Shown here piece after piece: positions 11,301 through 24,080 of a DNA stretch of 64,000 nucleotides; positions within the stretch are counted from its first letter, which is position 1, and every line of letters starts with the position of its first letter. Both the position numbers and the translations under genes were made by a program. The stretch spans positions 4,588,001 through 4,652,000 of the forward strand of contig CM052828.1 in NCBI GenBank assembly GCA_028534125.1, read 5' to 3'. Source of the stretch: Lama glama. Its lineage: Eukaryota. Under the pieces are notes generated by a model. It did no database searches, had not been told where the DNA came from, and was given only the letters and a program-made list of their open reading frames with translations.

Positions 11301-13688
11301 AGCAGCTTTTCCCAAAGGTTAGTTTCATCTCAGCCTGGATCTGTCATTCCTGACTTCCTCTTCTTTTAAAGATATTACTTTTAATACACTGTTTTAGTGA
11401 GAAAACATTTTAGACAGATGAAAATGTTAAGTCTTTTTCTTATAGAGTGCTTTTTTTTCTGTTTCTATATAGCTTTCATAATTATTGTGTTTAATTGCTA
11501 TAAAATATTATCCTACTGCTGGACATTTCCATTTCACTGATATAAATAATTCCAAAATGAATTTAATTTGACACTGGAATGTCTTTAAGTCCATTAGGCA
11601 CATCCACAGACTCAGTACCCCTTCCTCTAATCCCCTTTCATACACCCCCCCCCAAATACTCTTGTCTCACTGGAGACTTGCACCAGCTTCATCCAACAGA
11701 AACCTGGCTAAGTAATCAGAAGAAAAAAGTTCATGTCTTTTTGGTGCAGAATCCACAAAATGCATTTGCTCATTCAGTAAACTTTTGTTTTTTGGTTTTT
11801 GGTTTTGTGTTTTTTGGGTGGGGGCACGGAAGCACAATCCTGGGTCAGTCTTGTTGAAATTAGTAGCACAGAAGATAGAATTATTGCCCTAGAAGGACTT
11901 AAAGTTTATTTGAGAAGGTGCACATTGAAACATTAGGAAACAGCTCTATGGCAATTAAAAGAGAACAAGGTACAGGCGTAAGTACTAAAAGGAATTATTA
12001 ATCACTGAATTGGGAACCGGATTGGAAGTTGTCAGCAGAGACGAGAAAGCATTCTGTGAAGGGGGCAAACCCAGGCAGCTATAGGGCGGGGGGAGAGCGT
12101 GGGGCAGAGGCAGCCAGTGGAGGAGGGAAGTTACCAGGGAACAGGAGGACAATTCTAGCAGGTAAGACTGAGGGACCCTGACTCCTTGGTAGGTAAATTT
12201 AGATGTGTTTCATCCTACCAGCCCTAGGAAGGGATGGTTTAGGACGGTTAGACTGGCCTACAGGGGATGAAAGGGAAGTGAGACTGAGACGCAAGGAATA
12301 AAGTATTATGAAATAAATTTATGAAGAAACAAACTATTAAGAGGCGATAGGATGGGGCCAGGTCGGTGATGGGAAGAAGAGCACAAGAAGGCGGGGTGGC
12401 TCTGGCTAGTAGTTCAGGGAAGGGATGGGGAGAGAAATTCACTTTGAGGCTGAGGTGAGGGAGAGAGAGGAGCCCAGGAGGACCCCAAGGTTCCAAGGAG
12501 GACTCTAAGGCTGCTGAGCATAGCCAGGAGGGGGAGGGGGAGGGGAGAAGAGAGGGGAGGACTTGTTGGTTTCAGCCAGGGTGAGGTGAGAGGGCATTTG
12601 CAAGCACCCTACTTTATTTTCCTGCTGGAGCCAAGACAGGGTTTAAAGTGATAGTCTGGTTCAGGCCCAGATACTTTAAGGAAGTAGAAATTCATCATCA
12701 GACTGCTGTCCCCTAACGCTAGACCAAAATCTTCAACACAGAGAACGTGTGAGTTTTAGGTAATGTCTGGGCTCTGATTAGGAAGTTTATGAAAAGCCAC
12801 GAGTTGGATTTCCACCTCTGAGAAAGGAGGGGTGAGAGCAGCAGAGCTCACCACCTTCAGCCCTTCCTCCTTCCAAAGATCCTTGAGCTCCAGACAGAGC
12901 CTCCGGGCAGGTCTGCTGGCAGCTTGGGTGGAAGACCAACCCTTTCCTTCCTGCATCTCTTCCAGACTCCTCCCAGACGTACTTTTCATGCGTATCAGCA
13001 GCAGCAGCAGAAGTCATGGAGAAGCCCAGCCACTCTCTGCCCCAGACCACAGGCGCATCTGAACCAGAAGTCAGCCGGAATGCAGGAACGCGGCCCCGGA
13101 ACTTCCCAAGGTGCAAAATCTGGCATTTGTAAGAAAGATAGACCCCCAAGCTCACCTGATCCAACTGTGGAGGGAAGAGTTCAGTATAATAAGTGGCTTT
13201 AGATTTCTTCTGTTGAAAAAATAATATTCCATGAAATCAACTTCTGACTATGCTAAGAATACTGCTTCCAATTATTCCCCGAAAGACACATCATAAGCTG
13301 CTTTCCACTAATTTTTAGACGCTAAATGCCTTTGCTTCTATAATTTTATAACAAAATTTCTTCAGAACACCTGCAAAAATATCAGAATCATTGCTTCATT
13401 TTTGGGCATATATCCCCTGTTTATCCACGTAAGAGAGAAAAGTTAATGTCAAGATATGGTAAACAAATCTCAGTTTTAGACATAAAAGATATCAGTGTCC
13501 AAAGCATCAAGTCAAATGCTAGCGTAGTTTTTCTTGGTGCAATTTAAAACTCAGCCAAATCATACTTCATTTAATTTTATTTAAAGAAAATATTTTATTT
13601 AAATAAAATTCCCTTTCTTCACACCCTGAAGTAATCAGAGTGATAACATGCCTGACACGTGCTTCAGAATCATCCAAGAGGTTTACGT

Positions 13689-13941
13689 AAACTGGGAGTT
13701 CGAGATTTGCAGATACACACTACTGTATATAAAATAGATAAACAAATTTATACCGTGTAGCACAGGGAACTATGCTCAATATCTTGTAGTGACCTATGAC
13801 GGAAAAGAATATATGTATGTATATATGATGGAAACCTTATGCTGTACACCAGAAATTGACACAACATTGTAAACTGACCATACTTCAATTAAAAAAAAAA
13901 CCACTTTAAAACAATCTAAAAAACAAAAAAACAATCAAAAA
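13689..13941 (+). mobile_element. 5'-truncated L1 3' UTR (artiodactyl/camelid type)
   Basis: GGGAGTTCGAGATTTGCAGATAC...TAGCACAGGGAACTAT...GCTGTACACCAGAAATTGACACAACATTGTAAACTGAC plus polyA; AGAAT(C/T)ATCCAAGA in both flanks. Confidence 0.88.
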
Positions 13942-15183
13942 AGAATTATCCAAGAAGAGTAAAGAAGAAACTAGACAGGCCACATGTTAATGTTGTAGCT
14001 GGGTCATGGATATAGAATTTATATATAATTCTTTCTTCTATGTTTAAAATATTTTCTCGATAAAACACATTTTTCTTTCCTAGTCTAAAATTGAAAATGC
14101 AAACCATCAGCCCAAAGCCAATTTTAGGATCTGAGCCTAGAAAAAAGTGACACTGGAGAGGAAAGAGGTACAGTGAATGTTCCCTGGTGACCAGAGCTTT
14201 GGTTTCACTGACAGCCATGAGGACCTGTGTCTTTCCCTGCGTTTTCAGCAAAAAGCCCAGTGTTGGTTGATAAAGAGGTGTGAATAGGTGTAAAGCAATC
14301 ACAAGGGAAACAACTGATGGTTTGAAAAATACACGTGATTCAAAAAGTACTGCTGTGTACAGAAGTAACATGGATGAGCAGAAACAAGATCAAGAAGGAA
14401 AAATAAGAAAGAAAATAGGAAAATTCTGTAAAAGAAGAATCAAGGAAGAAATTCTGTCTATAATGGAGAGGAGGGAAATGCACAAACTTTGAAAATCATT
14501 TTTCTTCTCCATCGTGTTTATTTCGAAATTGTGGCGGGTGATCATTAACTAAAGAAAGTGAAATTTGGGGTGAAAGGATAGAAACCCACGCTTAATCATC
14601 TCATGGAATTAAGACTTTAAAAGCTATGTGTTAAAAAAAAAAAAGGATTTGTTGGCAAGCATCCTAGGAAATTTTAGGAACAGAAAGACAATGCTGCAAG
14701 ACCATTGGCCATTTGTTTCTAGAACGTGTAAAGTAGAGAAGTTCCAATGGTTGGAAAAAGAGAGATTTCAGAACACTGGGGAAAATAAAACATAGACTCA
14801 TAAAATACTAGTGTACAAACAAACCTCATGGATGATCTAGTCCAACCACCTGATTTTATTTTAAAGAAACAGGCAGAGAGATGATACGCTTTGCTCACAG
14901 TGAGCCTGAGACAGAAGGACCTGCTTGGCTGATAGCTGAGACTCCCCCACCCCTGCAGCCCCCCAGCCCTTCTGGTCTCTTCGTATTAAGCCTATTAGAC
15001 ATAAAAAGAGAGCTGGTTCCTAAAGACCCGTTGCTTCATCCACCAAGTCAGCATGAGATGATCTGACAAATCAGTGGAAGGAAGGAAAGTAGGAAGGATT
15101 TGCCCACAGGTCAGGTCAGATCTCAGTCAGGTCAAGATCACCCACTTTGGGCAGAAGGTCACCTGCACTCAGACAGCAGCCTA

Positions 15184-15290
15184 GGGGGTGTGGGTATAGC
15201 TCAGTGGTAGAGTACCATGCTTAGTATGTACCAAGTCCTGGGCTCAAGTCCCAGTTTCTTCATTTAAAAAAGAAAAGAAAGCAAAATAAA
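15184..15290 (+). mobile_element. Camelid tRNA-derived SINE
   Basis: GGGTATAGCTCAGTGGTAGAG A-box, degenerate B-box, A-rich tail. Confidence 0.85.
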
Positions 15291-16860
15291 GCAGAGAGCA
15301 AAGAGCTTCTATGGATATAGAGGGGACGTGTGCGGCTTCTCGGGCCAGCCCACCCCGGGCTCTCTGCCTCTTACTGGATATATTACCTGGAGCAAAACCA
15401 CTTAACCTCTAGCTCAAGATGTGTTCCTCACTCTGCATAGCAGAGGTGATGACATAATAATAGGTTGCTGTGCAGATTCAAAGAGAAGTCTAGAAAATCA
15501 TTTATAATAGTGTCTGGACCAAAATAAACACTGAGTTAGTGTCAGCTAAGGTTACAGTAGTGATGTTTGTTTGGCATGACCCCCTGCATGCTCCCTCACT
15601 AACTTTCTTTCACCTAATCCCATGGCCCACCACAGTGTCTGCACTTACTAGCCTGGTCCCTAAAGGGTAGACCCACTTCCCTTTACCCTAGAGCATCCTT
15701 TGAGATGCTGCCTCCTGCCTGACTTCACGTGTCCTAGGATGCCGAGAGCCTCCAGTAGCCACCCTCATCTTCTAGACCAGAAGGCCTGTCCACTGACACC
15801 TCACCCTAAGAAGCTGCTGGGCATCATGGCCATCCCTGCAAGGACCAGCTAAGATGATCACATTTCATTGTTCCCTTTCCTCTCCATCCTGCCTGGTCCA
15901 GCTGCCCATCCCCTCTCTCCATGGGCCTCTGCTACTGAAGTTCCAGCATCAAACCCTAAGCTTTTGTAAGAAAACTCTGCCCCTTTAATAAGCAAAACCT
16001 TTGACCCACCGAGGTTGGCAGGGGCACCTTGGTGAGGGTCCCCCCATCCTCCTCTTAACCCAAAATCTCCTTTCCTGAGTTTCCCACTCATCCCACCACG
16101 GAGCTGGTGTTTGGGGGCCCAGGGCTGCCCCGCAGCATTCCACAAGCGTGGATAAAAGCTTCCTTTACCTGCCATCAGTAGAGCTGAAACCGGCCGTGAC
16201 TGTTATCAGGACCCCAAGAAAGGCTCAGATAGGAGAACAGTGGATGCGGCCCTCTCCGCCCACCAGATGTTCTCCTCTGGTCCCCATTCAATCATCCCAA
16301 TGATCTGGCTGACCAGGAAGAAGGCATAGGTAAAGACCTTTAAAAGAAACCAAAACACTGCTGTCCTGCCTGGACCTCCTGTGGCCACCATTCCTTCTGT
16401 CTGGCTGGGCAAGCTGCAGCCTGCTTTGACCTTTGCTTATTCTTGCACTTAAAATGCTCCCACTTTAAAAATAGTGGAGGAAGAGGAAGAATGCCTAGAA
16501 CTTGGTAGGCATACTCACCATTCCTGAATGGCAACAGGAAGTCTGCTATACCCTGGCCCCCAGACGCACATTTCAAATGACCCCCTAGTGGGTCCATGTC
16601 ACCCTTGGTTGGTAAGTGGAGGCCAGAGTGTGTTTTTGGTTATGAATATCCTATTATAGTTTATAGAATTAAAGATAGAAAGGGATGCCATTTCAATGCT
16701 CTTGAGGAAACATCCCTAGGACACTAAAAGTGAGACAGGTATGTGTGTCCTGCCATCAGAGGGAAGAAGAATGCAAACAGAACAAGCTTTAGAAGCAAAA
16801 CACAAAGACAGGGGTTTGATATGAAGAGACTCCTTGGCTGGTTTAAAAAGTCAACCTTGA

Positions 16861-17300
16861 CTAAGTGAAAGAAGCCAATCTGAAAAGGCTACATACTGTA
16901 TGGCTCCAACGGCATGACATTCTGGAAGAGGCAAGACTACGGAGACAGTAAAGATATCAGTGGTTGCCAGGTGCTGGGGGAGGGACAAATGAGTAGCGGA
17001 GAACAGAGGACTATAGGGGCAGTGAAACCACAATGACGGCTACATGTCATTATCCATTTGTCCAAACCCACAGAATGTATGACACCAAGAATGGACCCTA
17101 ATGTAAACTATGGACTTGGGGGGATCGTGTGTCAATGCAGGTTTACCAGCTGTAAGAAATGCACCACTTTGGTAGGGGCTGTTGACAGTAGGAGTGGCTG
17201 CGGGCTGGGGGTGCCCGGGGGTAATGGGAACTCTATCATTTCCACTCAACTTCGCCGTGAATCCAAAACTGCTCTAAAAAAAAAAAAAAGCCTATTAAAA
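16861..17300 (+). mobile_element. L1MC1-like 3' end
   Basis: CTAAGTGAAAGAAGCCAATCTGAAAAGGCTACATACTGTATG...GTCCAAACCCACAGAATGT...CCTAATGTAAACTATGGACTT...AAAACTGCTCT-polyA. Confidence 0.85.
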
Positions 17301-18029
17301 ATTTTTAAGCCTATTTTAAAAAAGTGAACTTTCATCCTCTTGATTCACCAGTTTGTGGGTATTGCCAACTTGACTCTGCCCTTTTTTTAGCATTCACGGA
17401 AATCCGAGGCCTAATTTCATTCAGTATTTCCCAGTGTCTGCCCAAGAGGGACGACCAGGTATTACTGCCATAAAATTTAAAAGTTACAAAATGCCACTAA
17501 GTGTTTTTAAAAAAATTAGAGGGCATACGTGGGAAGTCACACGAATGAAAAGAGGAAAACAACCTGCAAGTGGTGATTAATTTAGCAACTTAAGGAAAAC
17601 AACTCCGCCGGGGACACAGCTGCACCGCCGGCTGAGCACACGCACTGCGACCCGGAAGCCATCCTGATTCACGCTCGTCTTCACGCCAATTCCATGTCGT
17701 TAGTAACGGTTACTCACCGCCTCATCTGTCTTGGGAATTTTCTTTTCTGAACATCCTTCATTTCATAAGCTCCTTTCCTAAGTTCGCTTAATATTTTCAT
17801 TTATAAAATTAGGAGAATGTAAAAGAATTTTTTAAAATTCCTGAGACAGAGTAGGCTTCAGCCCTCCACGATAGCGCTGAAGGGTTCTCAGAGCCCAGCT
17901 GAAGGCCAAAATGACTTGGTCAGGTAAACAAAGTGGCAGAGGAGGTGAGGGTGGTACAAGAAAGCTTCCAGTAGGCTTCAGAAAGGGGCGCCTGGATCTT
18001 CCTTTCCTGCCCTCCAGGGAGAGAGGATG

Positions 18030-18180
18030 CTTTGGATCCCACCTCTGAGCTGACCAGCAGTGTGATCTTGGTAAACGACGAAACTGCCCTGAGCCTCACT
18101 TTCCTGGCTTGTAAAACAAGGATTAAAAACTGCAGGCCTCCTGGGGTGATTGTAAGGGAGAGGCATAGATGCTTGACACA
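18030..18180 (+). mobile_element. MIR core
   Basis: TGTGATCTTGGTAA...CTGAGCCTCACTTTCCTGGCTTGTAAAACAAGGAT. Confidence 0.7.
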
Positions 18181-21100
18181 AAACTCTGCCATCTGCACAA
18201 GCTCAGTAGGGCTCCCCTGCTAAAAGGACTCATCTGTCATCCCCTCTGCCTGTATCTCTTCGAGATTTAAATTGTCAACAGACTGAGTCCTGTTGGCTCA
18301 GTCAAGTCCTTGGGGGGGGTGTCACAGGTGCACATGCACGCGTGTGCTTGTGTGCATGCACACATGTGAGCAGAGGAGTGTGCCAGTATATCTGATGCCT
18401 GAACGTGAACTCTGGCTTCAAATTGAAAAGAGCCTAGTTAAGAAAGGTGGCCAAAACATACATTCTTCGATTAGAAAGAAGATGACCACGTGCTTCTCTG
18501 CTGGCACCATTTATTTCATCCTGTCCTCTTCCTCAATCAGGGCTCTTGGAAGGAAAACAAAGAGGGCAAGAGAGAGGCAGAGGAGGCATTTTTATAGAAA
18601 CAGCACCATCTGCGTCAGGGAAGGACAGCCCTGCTGTTCTTACAACCCAGACTTAATGTAGGAAAGAGGCTGGTGGGAGATGGGGACGTGGGGCTGAAAG
18701 GTTTCAGGTGAGTTAAAAAGGTGTTTTCAACCCAAATGTATACCTAAGGCCAGGGACTGAGCACAGCTGAAGATCCATGACAAAGTCATTGAATTTTATC
18801 GATTACCATCTTTTATCCAGATGTTTTCTGTAATTAACTCATGCTTTAAGTAATATAATAAGTTTCAATTAGCCTCTGGATCCCAAACAGGGTAGAGCCA
18901 TTTAGAAATTGCTTATTGGCAATAAAAGATCATCATATTCCTCTTTAATGTTCATGTTTAAGATTTTAAAAGAATGTTTACTAAGGGTTAATGCTTAGAG
19001 TTTCTGTATTAAAGGTACCTTCTTTTCCACGTATAATTCATTAAAGCTATGCTCTACTCTTGGACTCAGTGACTCTTACTGTGGGCCAATCTAGCCACTT
19101 GAAAATCTAAGGCACCGCTGCTGGCCTGGTGGCAGCTTGCTTAGGATCTGAACAGAATATCCAGGAGAAAATGAACAGACTTGGAACCTGGGCTTGCAGG
19201 CTAACGCTTGCGAGGCGATTGCAAACATCACTGGGCATTTCAAGTCTTGTGATTCACGTTTCTGTGTTTTTTTAGCTGCTGTAACTGACTCTTGATTGAT
19301 ATTAAACAGTTAAACCTGTCTGCTTTCAGAAAGGTTCTGAGCTGTCATTGGGTCCATTAGGGCAATGGCCAGATACTTGGAATAAACTGAAACAATGAAG
19401 AGGGGAAAGAGGCCAGGAGGACCGTGCTGTGGACGCTCGTATGACAGAGGTGCCCACAGGTGACGGAAACCTTTAGTCCAAGCCCAGGAAATTTATCAGC
19501 AATGAGAACAGGAGCCTAAGACGAAGGAAAGGGATACCTGAAGATGTGCACAGAGCACCAGAGTAGGAAATCAGACGGACATACGTCACAGGAAGGAGCA
19601 GGCCAGGGGCTCTCAACCACGCCCAGCCTCCGGACAGAGCTGGAGAAAAGAGACGTGGCAACAGCCCTAAAAAGAGAAGATCACAGGCCGGAAACCAGGG
19701 TAGGAAGGACCAGATCAGAAGCCCGGGAACAGAGCAACAAATGGAAGGCAGAGGCGGGACACCCTAAGGAGCAAGAGAGGGCTGGTGCTAACTTCCTGAA
19801 TGAATTTCTTTCACGTAGACTTTACTTCATGGAGCCAAGGAACAGCTTGACTGGGATGTTTCAGAATCCACGAAGGGAAGAAAAGACTCCTCTGTAGCCA
19901 CCTACACAAGTTAAGCCGATGAGAACAGCCCACTGGAAGGCAAGAGATGCAACCACTCTGCCTCTGCCAAGGGGCCCCTAGATCCTCCCAGCAGAAGGTT
20001 ATCAAAGATGCTATGCAACTCAATAAGCCCTTGATTTACGTAGCTTATATTTGGGCTAATCCTTTTGTGAGAGGACTGGGTGGGGCAGGGGTCATGGGGA
20101 GCCACCTGCTTCTTGGCGGGCAGCAGGAAAGTGAGGTGGAAATGCCAACACCGTGTGGACCTGTGGAGCTTAAGGAATCAGAGCTGTTGCACACTGACAA
20201 CTATTTCTGTCGAAGAGAACAGAGGATTAAAACCTTTCACCATTTTCTCCTAGTTCTGAGCAATTCTTTTCCAAAAAAAATTTCTTTTCTTTCTAGTTCA
20301 TAGAGAATATAGCAAAGTTTTTTTTTTTTTTTAAAGGGTTGGTGATGGGGAAAGTTCAGTCTTAAATGTTTCTTCCATGAACAGGTTTGGGATGGCAACC
20401 TGCCTTTGCCTATGGTTGTCATTCTTCTAAGATGGATGTTTGCAAAACTGTCCTGTGCGGTGAGACCTCAAATATAAAATCACTCTTGGAGAAGGTCCTT
20501 CTCCACTGGTCCCTTGAAGCACATCCAGGGACAATGCAATTGGACAGCTGCCACTGGAGGGCATTAGACATCATTTAATTTGCTGCATGATGACTTTTGA
20601 CCTCTGCATTTGTTTTATGTGGGTCACCAGCTGGTTCTCACCGTCCTTATCAGACATTCATTGCCCTATTTCTAGGGGTAGGAAACTTAGATCTGCAGAT
20701 TCAAGATGACACTTTACGGGGCTCACAGCTAACTGGAACACAGATATATTAAAAAAAAAAAGTAACAAGGACAATAGGGTCAAAGCAGAGTGGCACCCTC
20801 TATCAAAAAGCCACAGCAACAAGGCTCTCAGGGGCCGTGAGCATTTTGCAGAAGCAACGAGGACCCTCCTCAGTGAACTCACGGCACCACAGGGGTTTGC
20901 ACACTCTGCTGCCGGAAGTCTCACCTCGTCTTGGCTAACCATAGGAGCAGGCCAACATTTTCATTCCTAAAGAGTGTTGAGCAATTAGATGCACCCAATT
21001 TATATCTTCCTAGGGACTGCTCTATCTATGTCTCCCCAAATTTATTCCTGTAGACCGCAAGCTATAGTCTCTTTTCTAAGCTTATAAATAAAATAATATA

Positions 21101-21530
21101 GAAATGAAAAATAGATCATTCATTCATTCATGAAGCATTAAGCAGCCTTGGCTTTTACCCCCCACTCCCCTCAGAGAGCAGTAAGAACTGAAGAAGCAAA
21201 GCAATTAGAGGATGATTTTCACATTACAAAGAGTCCCAAGGGTTCCTTTTAGTGCTTCCCTAGAGGATTTAAATATTTAAGTATTGTTTTACAGACCATT
21301 AACTCTTGCAGCTGGAGAAGGAGAAGGGCTGGATGTGGGTGGTCAGGAAAAAAGAAGACTTAAACCTGAAGTGTTAGAAGCCAGTCCCCACAACAGATCC
21401 ATAATTGCAGTAACTTATTTACATCCTGCTCAGGTAGGATAGAAAGTCCTCAAGGCACTTTTCTCATCCTGCTTTATTTTGATCTTAACGTCAATTAGGC
21501 ATCGTGATAAACTCAAAAAATGAGGGTTTA

Positions 21531-21865
21531 GAGGGATGAATAGATGCAACACAGGATTTTTAGGGCAGTGACACTACTCTGTTTGACCCTATAATGGTGG
21601 CTATAGGTCATTACAGGTTGATTCAGACCCACAGAATGTACACCAGGAGTGAATGTAATGTAAACTTGTGTGCTTTGGGTGACTATGATGTGTCAGTGTA
21701 AGTTCACCGGTTGTAAGAAAGGTACCACTCTCGTGGGGGATGATGGTAACAGAAGAGGCGGGGCCCGTGGGGAGGCCAGGGGGTGAATGGGAAATCGTGT
21801 ACTTTCTGCTCAGTGTTGCTGTGAACCTAAAAAGAGCTTTAAAAAAGAAAGTCGATTTTAAAAAT
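21531..21865 (+). mobile_element. L1MC1/2-like 3' end
   Basis: GGATTTTTAGGGCAGTGA...ACCCACAGAATGTACA...TGATGTGTCAGTGTAAGTTCA...TTGCTGTGAACCTAAAA. Confidence 0.82.
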
Positions 21866-22559
21866 TGAGAGTTTAAAATTTGATGGGAAGTAACATTTTC
21901 AAAAATTAAATTCACATAAAATGTGGGAAGAGTCTGTTGCCAAAGAAGATGAACAAGAAGCAGAGGTATACCTGTGATGGGTTTGGAATGGAGTTTCCAT
22001 TTCCTTCTCTCCAGACGGACAGGATGGAGGCGAGTGGGAGGTAGCCGCACTGCAGTTACTAAACACCTCCTGTCACATCTGTGCTCTCTGAGTGTGTGTC
22101 CACACGTGGAATGTGTAGAAAACAGCATGTAAATTATGTACACATATAAATTCTGTTGGTCTGGTCAGTAGCCAGCTGTTAGTATTCTCAGTCTACAAAG
22201 GTGAACAGTGGGAGATGGTGGCAGGGGTGGCAAGGAGAGTCACAAATGTCTACATATTTAGTGACATTTATAGTGATAAATGCAGACAGAGGAGACCCCC
22301 TCCTTGCCTCCTTGATTTTGCAGTCTAGTGCTGCTCCAAGAGACAAGGGACACCATATAATTCTGGGCAAAGTAGGATGAGTACCAAAAAGGAAGTCCTA
22401 AGTGGACTAGGATAACGTTTACTAGACTGTCCGTGGGCCTAACAATAGTTCAAATGGGTACATTTTGGGACCACCGAGGCAACACCTCCCATTGCCCAAG
22501 CTTGCACGGCTTGGAGCTGACCGCAGGTACCTCCAGAGATGGGGTTCCCTTTTGTCAAT

Positions 22560-23013
22560 TTTCCCTTCCAAACAGAAGGGGCGCAGGAGGGCTGTGAGCC
22601 TTGGCACAGCGGGTCCTGACAGCCCCAGCGGGAGGGTCACTGCCGAGACATCCAGCCCCATCTCATTGTTCAGCTCCGGGAGTTTCCTCCTCTGGCAGAG
22701 ACCTGGAGCCGTGAGCTGAGCGGGAAGGGGACGGACCCGGGCGGGACTGCGGGGTGGCTATTGCTGCCGCTCCTTCCCCTCTCCGGGAGCTCGGGTTTCC
22801 CGGGGTGNNNNNNNNNNNNNNNNNNNNNNNNNNNNNNNNNNNNNNNNNNNNNNNNNNNNNNNNNNNNNNNNNNNNNNNNNNNNNNNNNNNNNNNNNNNNN
22901 NNNNNNNNNNNNNNNNNNNNNNNNNNNNNNNNNNNNNNNNNNNNNNNTGATGGGGGAAGGACGCCTGAGAAAACAGACCTTGGGCCGCCCTTAGCGTTTG
23001 ATCTTTCCCCGTA

Positions 23014-23071
<58 letters not shown>

Positions 23072-24080
23072 TGTGTGGTGGAGGGGTGTCAGGCTGGTAG
23101 AGACGGGCACTGCCCCTCTTTCCGTCCTGCCTTCGCTTCCCCGGCGCGCTCCTAACGATGGCAAGAGACCTGGCCCTCCAAAACACCCAGGGGACAAAAA
23201 GAAAAAGGGACGGGAAGAGAAAAGGACGGAAACGACAAGAAAGGAAAGGAGAAGGGAAAAGACAAGACTCGCCCCCAAGTCGCCCTATGGGCTCATTTCC
23301 AACCCTCCACCGGCCTGGGTCACAGGCAGAACCGAAAGTTCCCAACCCTTGTCTCCACCCTGTGCCAACCCCGCTCTTCCAGTGAACCGAGTCCAGGGCG
23401 ATCCCACGCGGAGCGAACCCCACCGCGAGGAGTTGTCCCTCGGGCAGGGCTGACCGGCTGCTGCCTCGGGGCAGCGAGCGCCGCGTGCGCCCCGCCGGGT
23501 GCGCGCCGCGCCGGGGTGGCCCCCGGGTGGCCCCCGCCCCGCCCCCGGCCCGCGGCGCGCGGCCGTCTGGTTAATTGCACCTGGGCGCCCCGGGGTCAGA
23601 GCCGCTGCCTGAGGACACGTTGCTACAGGCTGCAGAGGACGCGGGTTCATCCCAGCACCCAAATGTAACCTCCCCGCCCTTCTCCCGCTCACGTAGCCCG
23701 GGGTTTCGGGACGTGAAGTGCCGGCGAGGAGGCGGCTCCGGCCACCGCATGGGCTGGGCGATAAACAATCTCACAGGATACACAACACGCTGGACTGTCA
23801 CAAGTCCCTCGCAGGAAAAGATAAATAACATCTGAGGAGCCGCAGCGCAGCCTCCCCGGGGCCAAACAAAAACCCTGGGAGAAGTAAGTAAACAAGAGGA
23901 GGGGAGTTCACCCAGCCTCCGCCGCGGAGAAACCAGATGCGGCGCCCCTCCCCGGGCTCTCCCTGCTGGGGGTCGCTTCCACTGGAAGCCAGGACAAAAC
24001 AAAATCAACCCCACACGCGGTGCCAACTTTGTCCTTTCACCCGATTGGCAATGGTCACTTTCCGGGTAACGAGCGAGTTT
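22560..24080. promoter_or_regulatory. Orphan CpG island ~16 kb upstream of FLT1 TSS
   Basis: CpG-dense, core 23390-23760; GC boxes from 23532; no recognisable CDS; includes an N gap and a (TG)n tract. Confidence 0.85.
23017..23070 (+). repeat. (GT)27 microsatellite
   Basis: Perfect dinucleotide run. Confidence 0.95.

Noticed and set aside
21601-22143. 180-aa ORF and similar ORFs at 17040-17327, 26297-26587 and 51847-52272
   Set aside because: They overlap L1 remnants and are not host genes.
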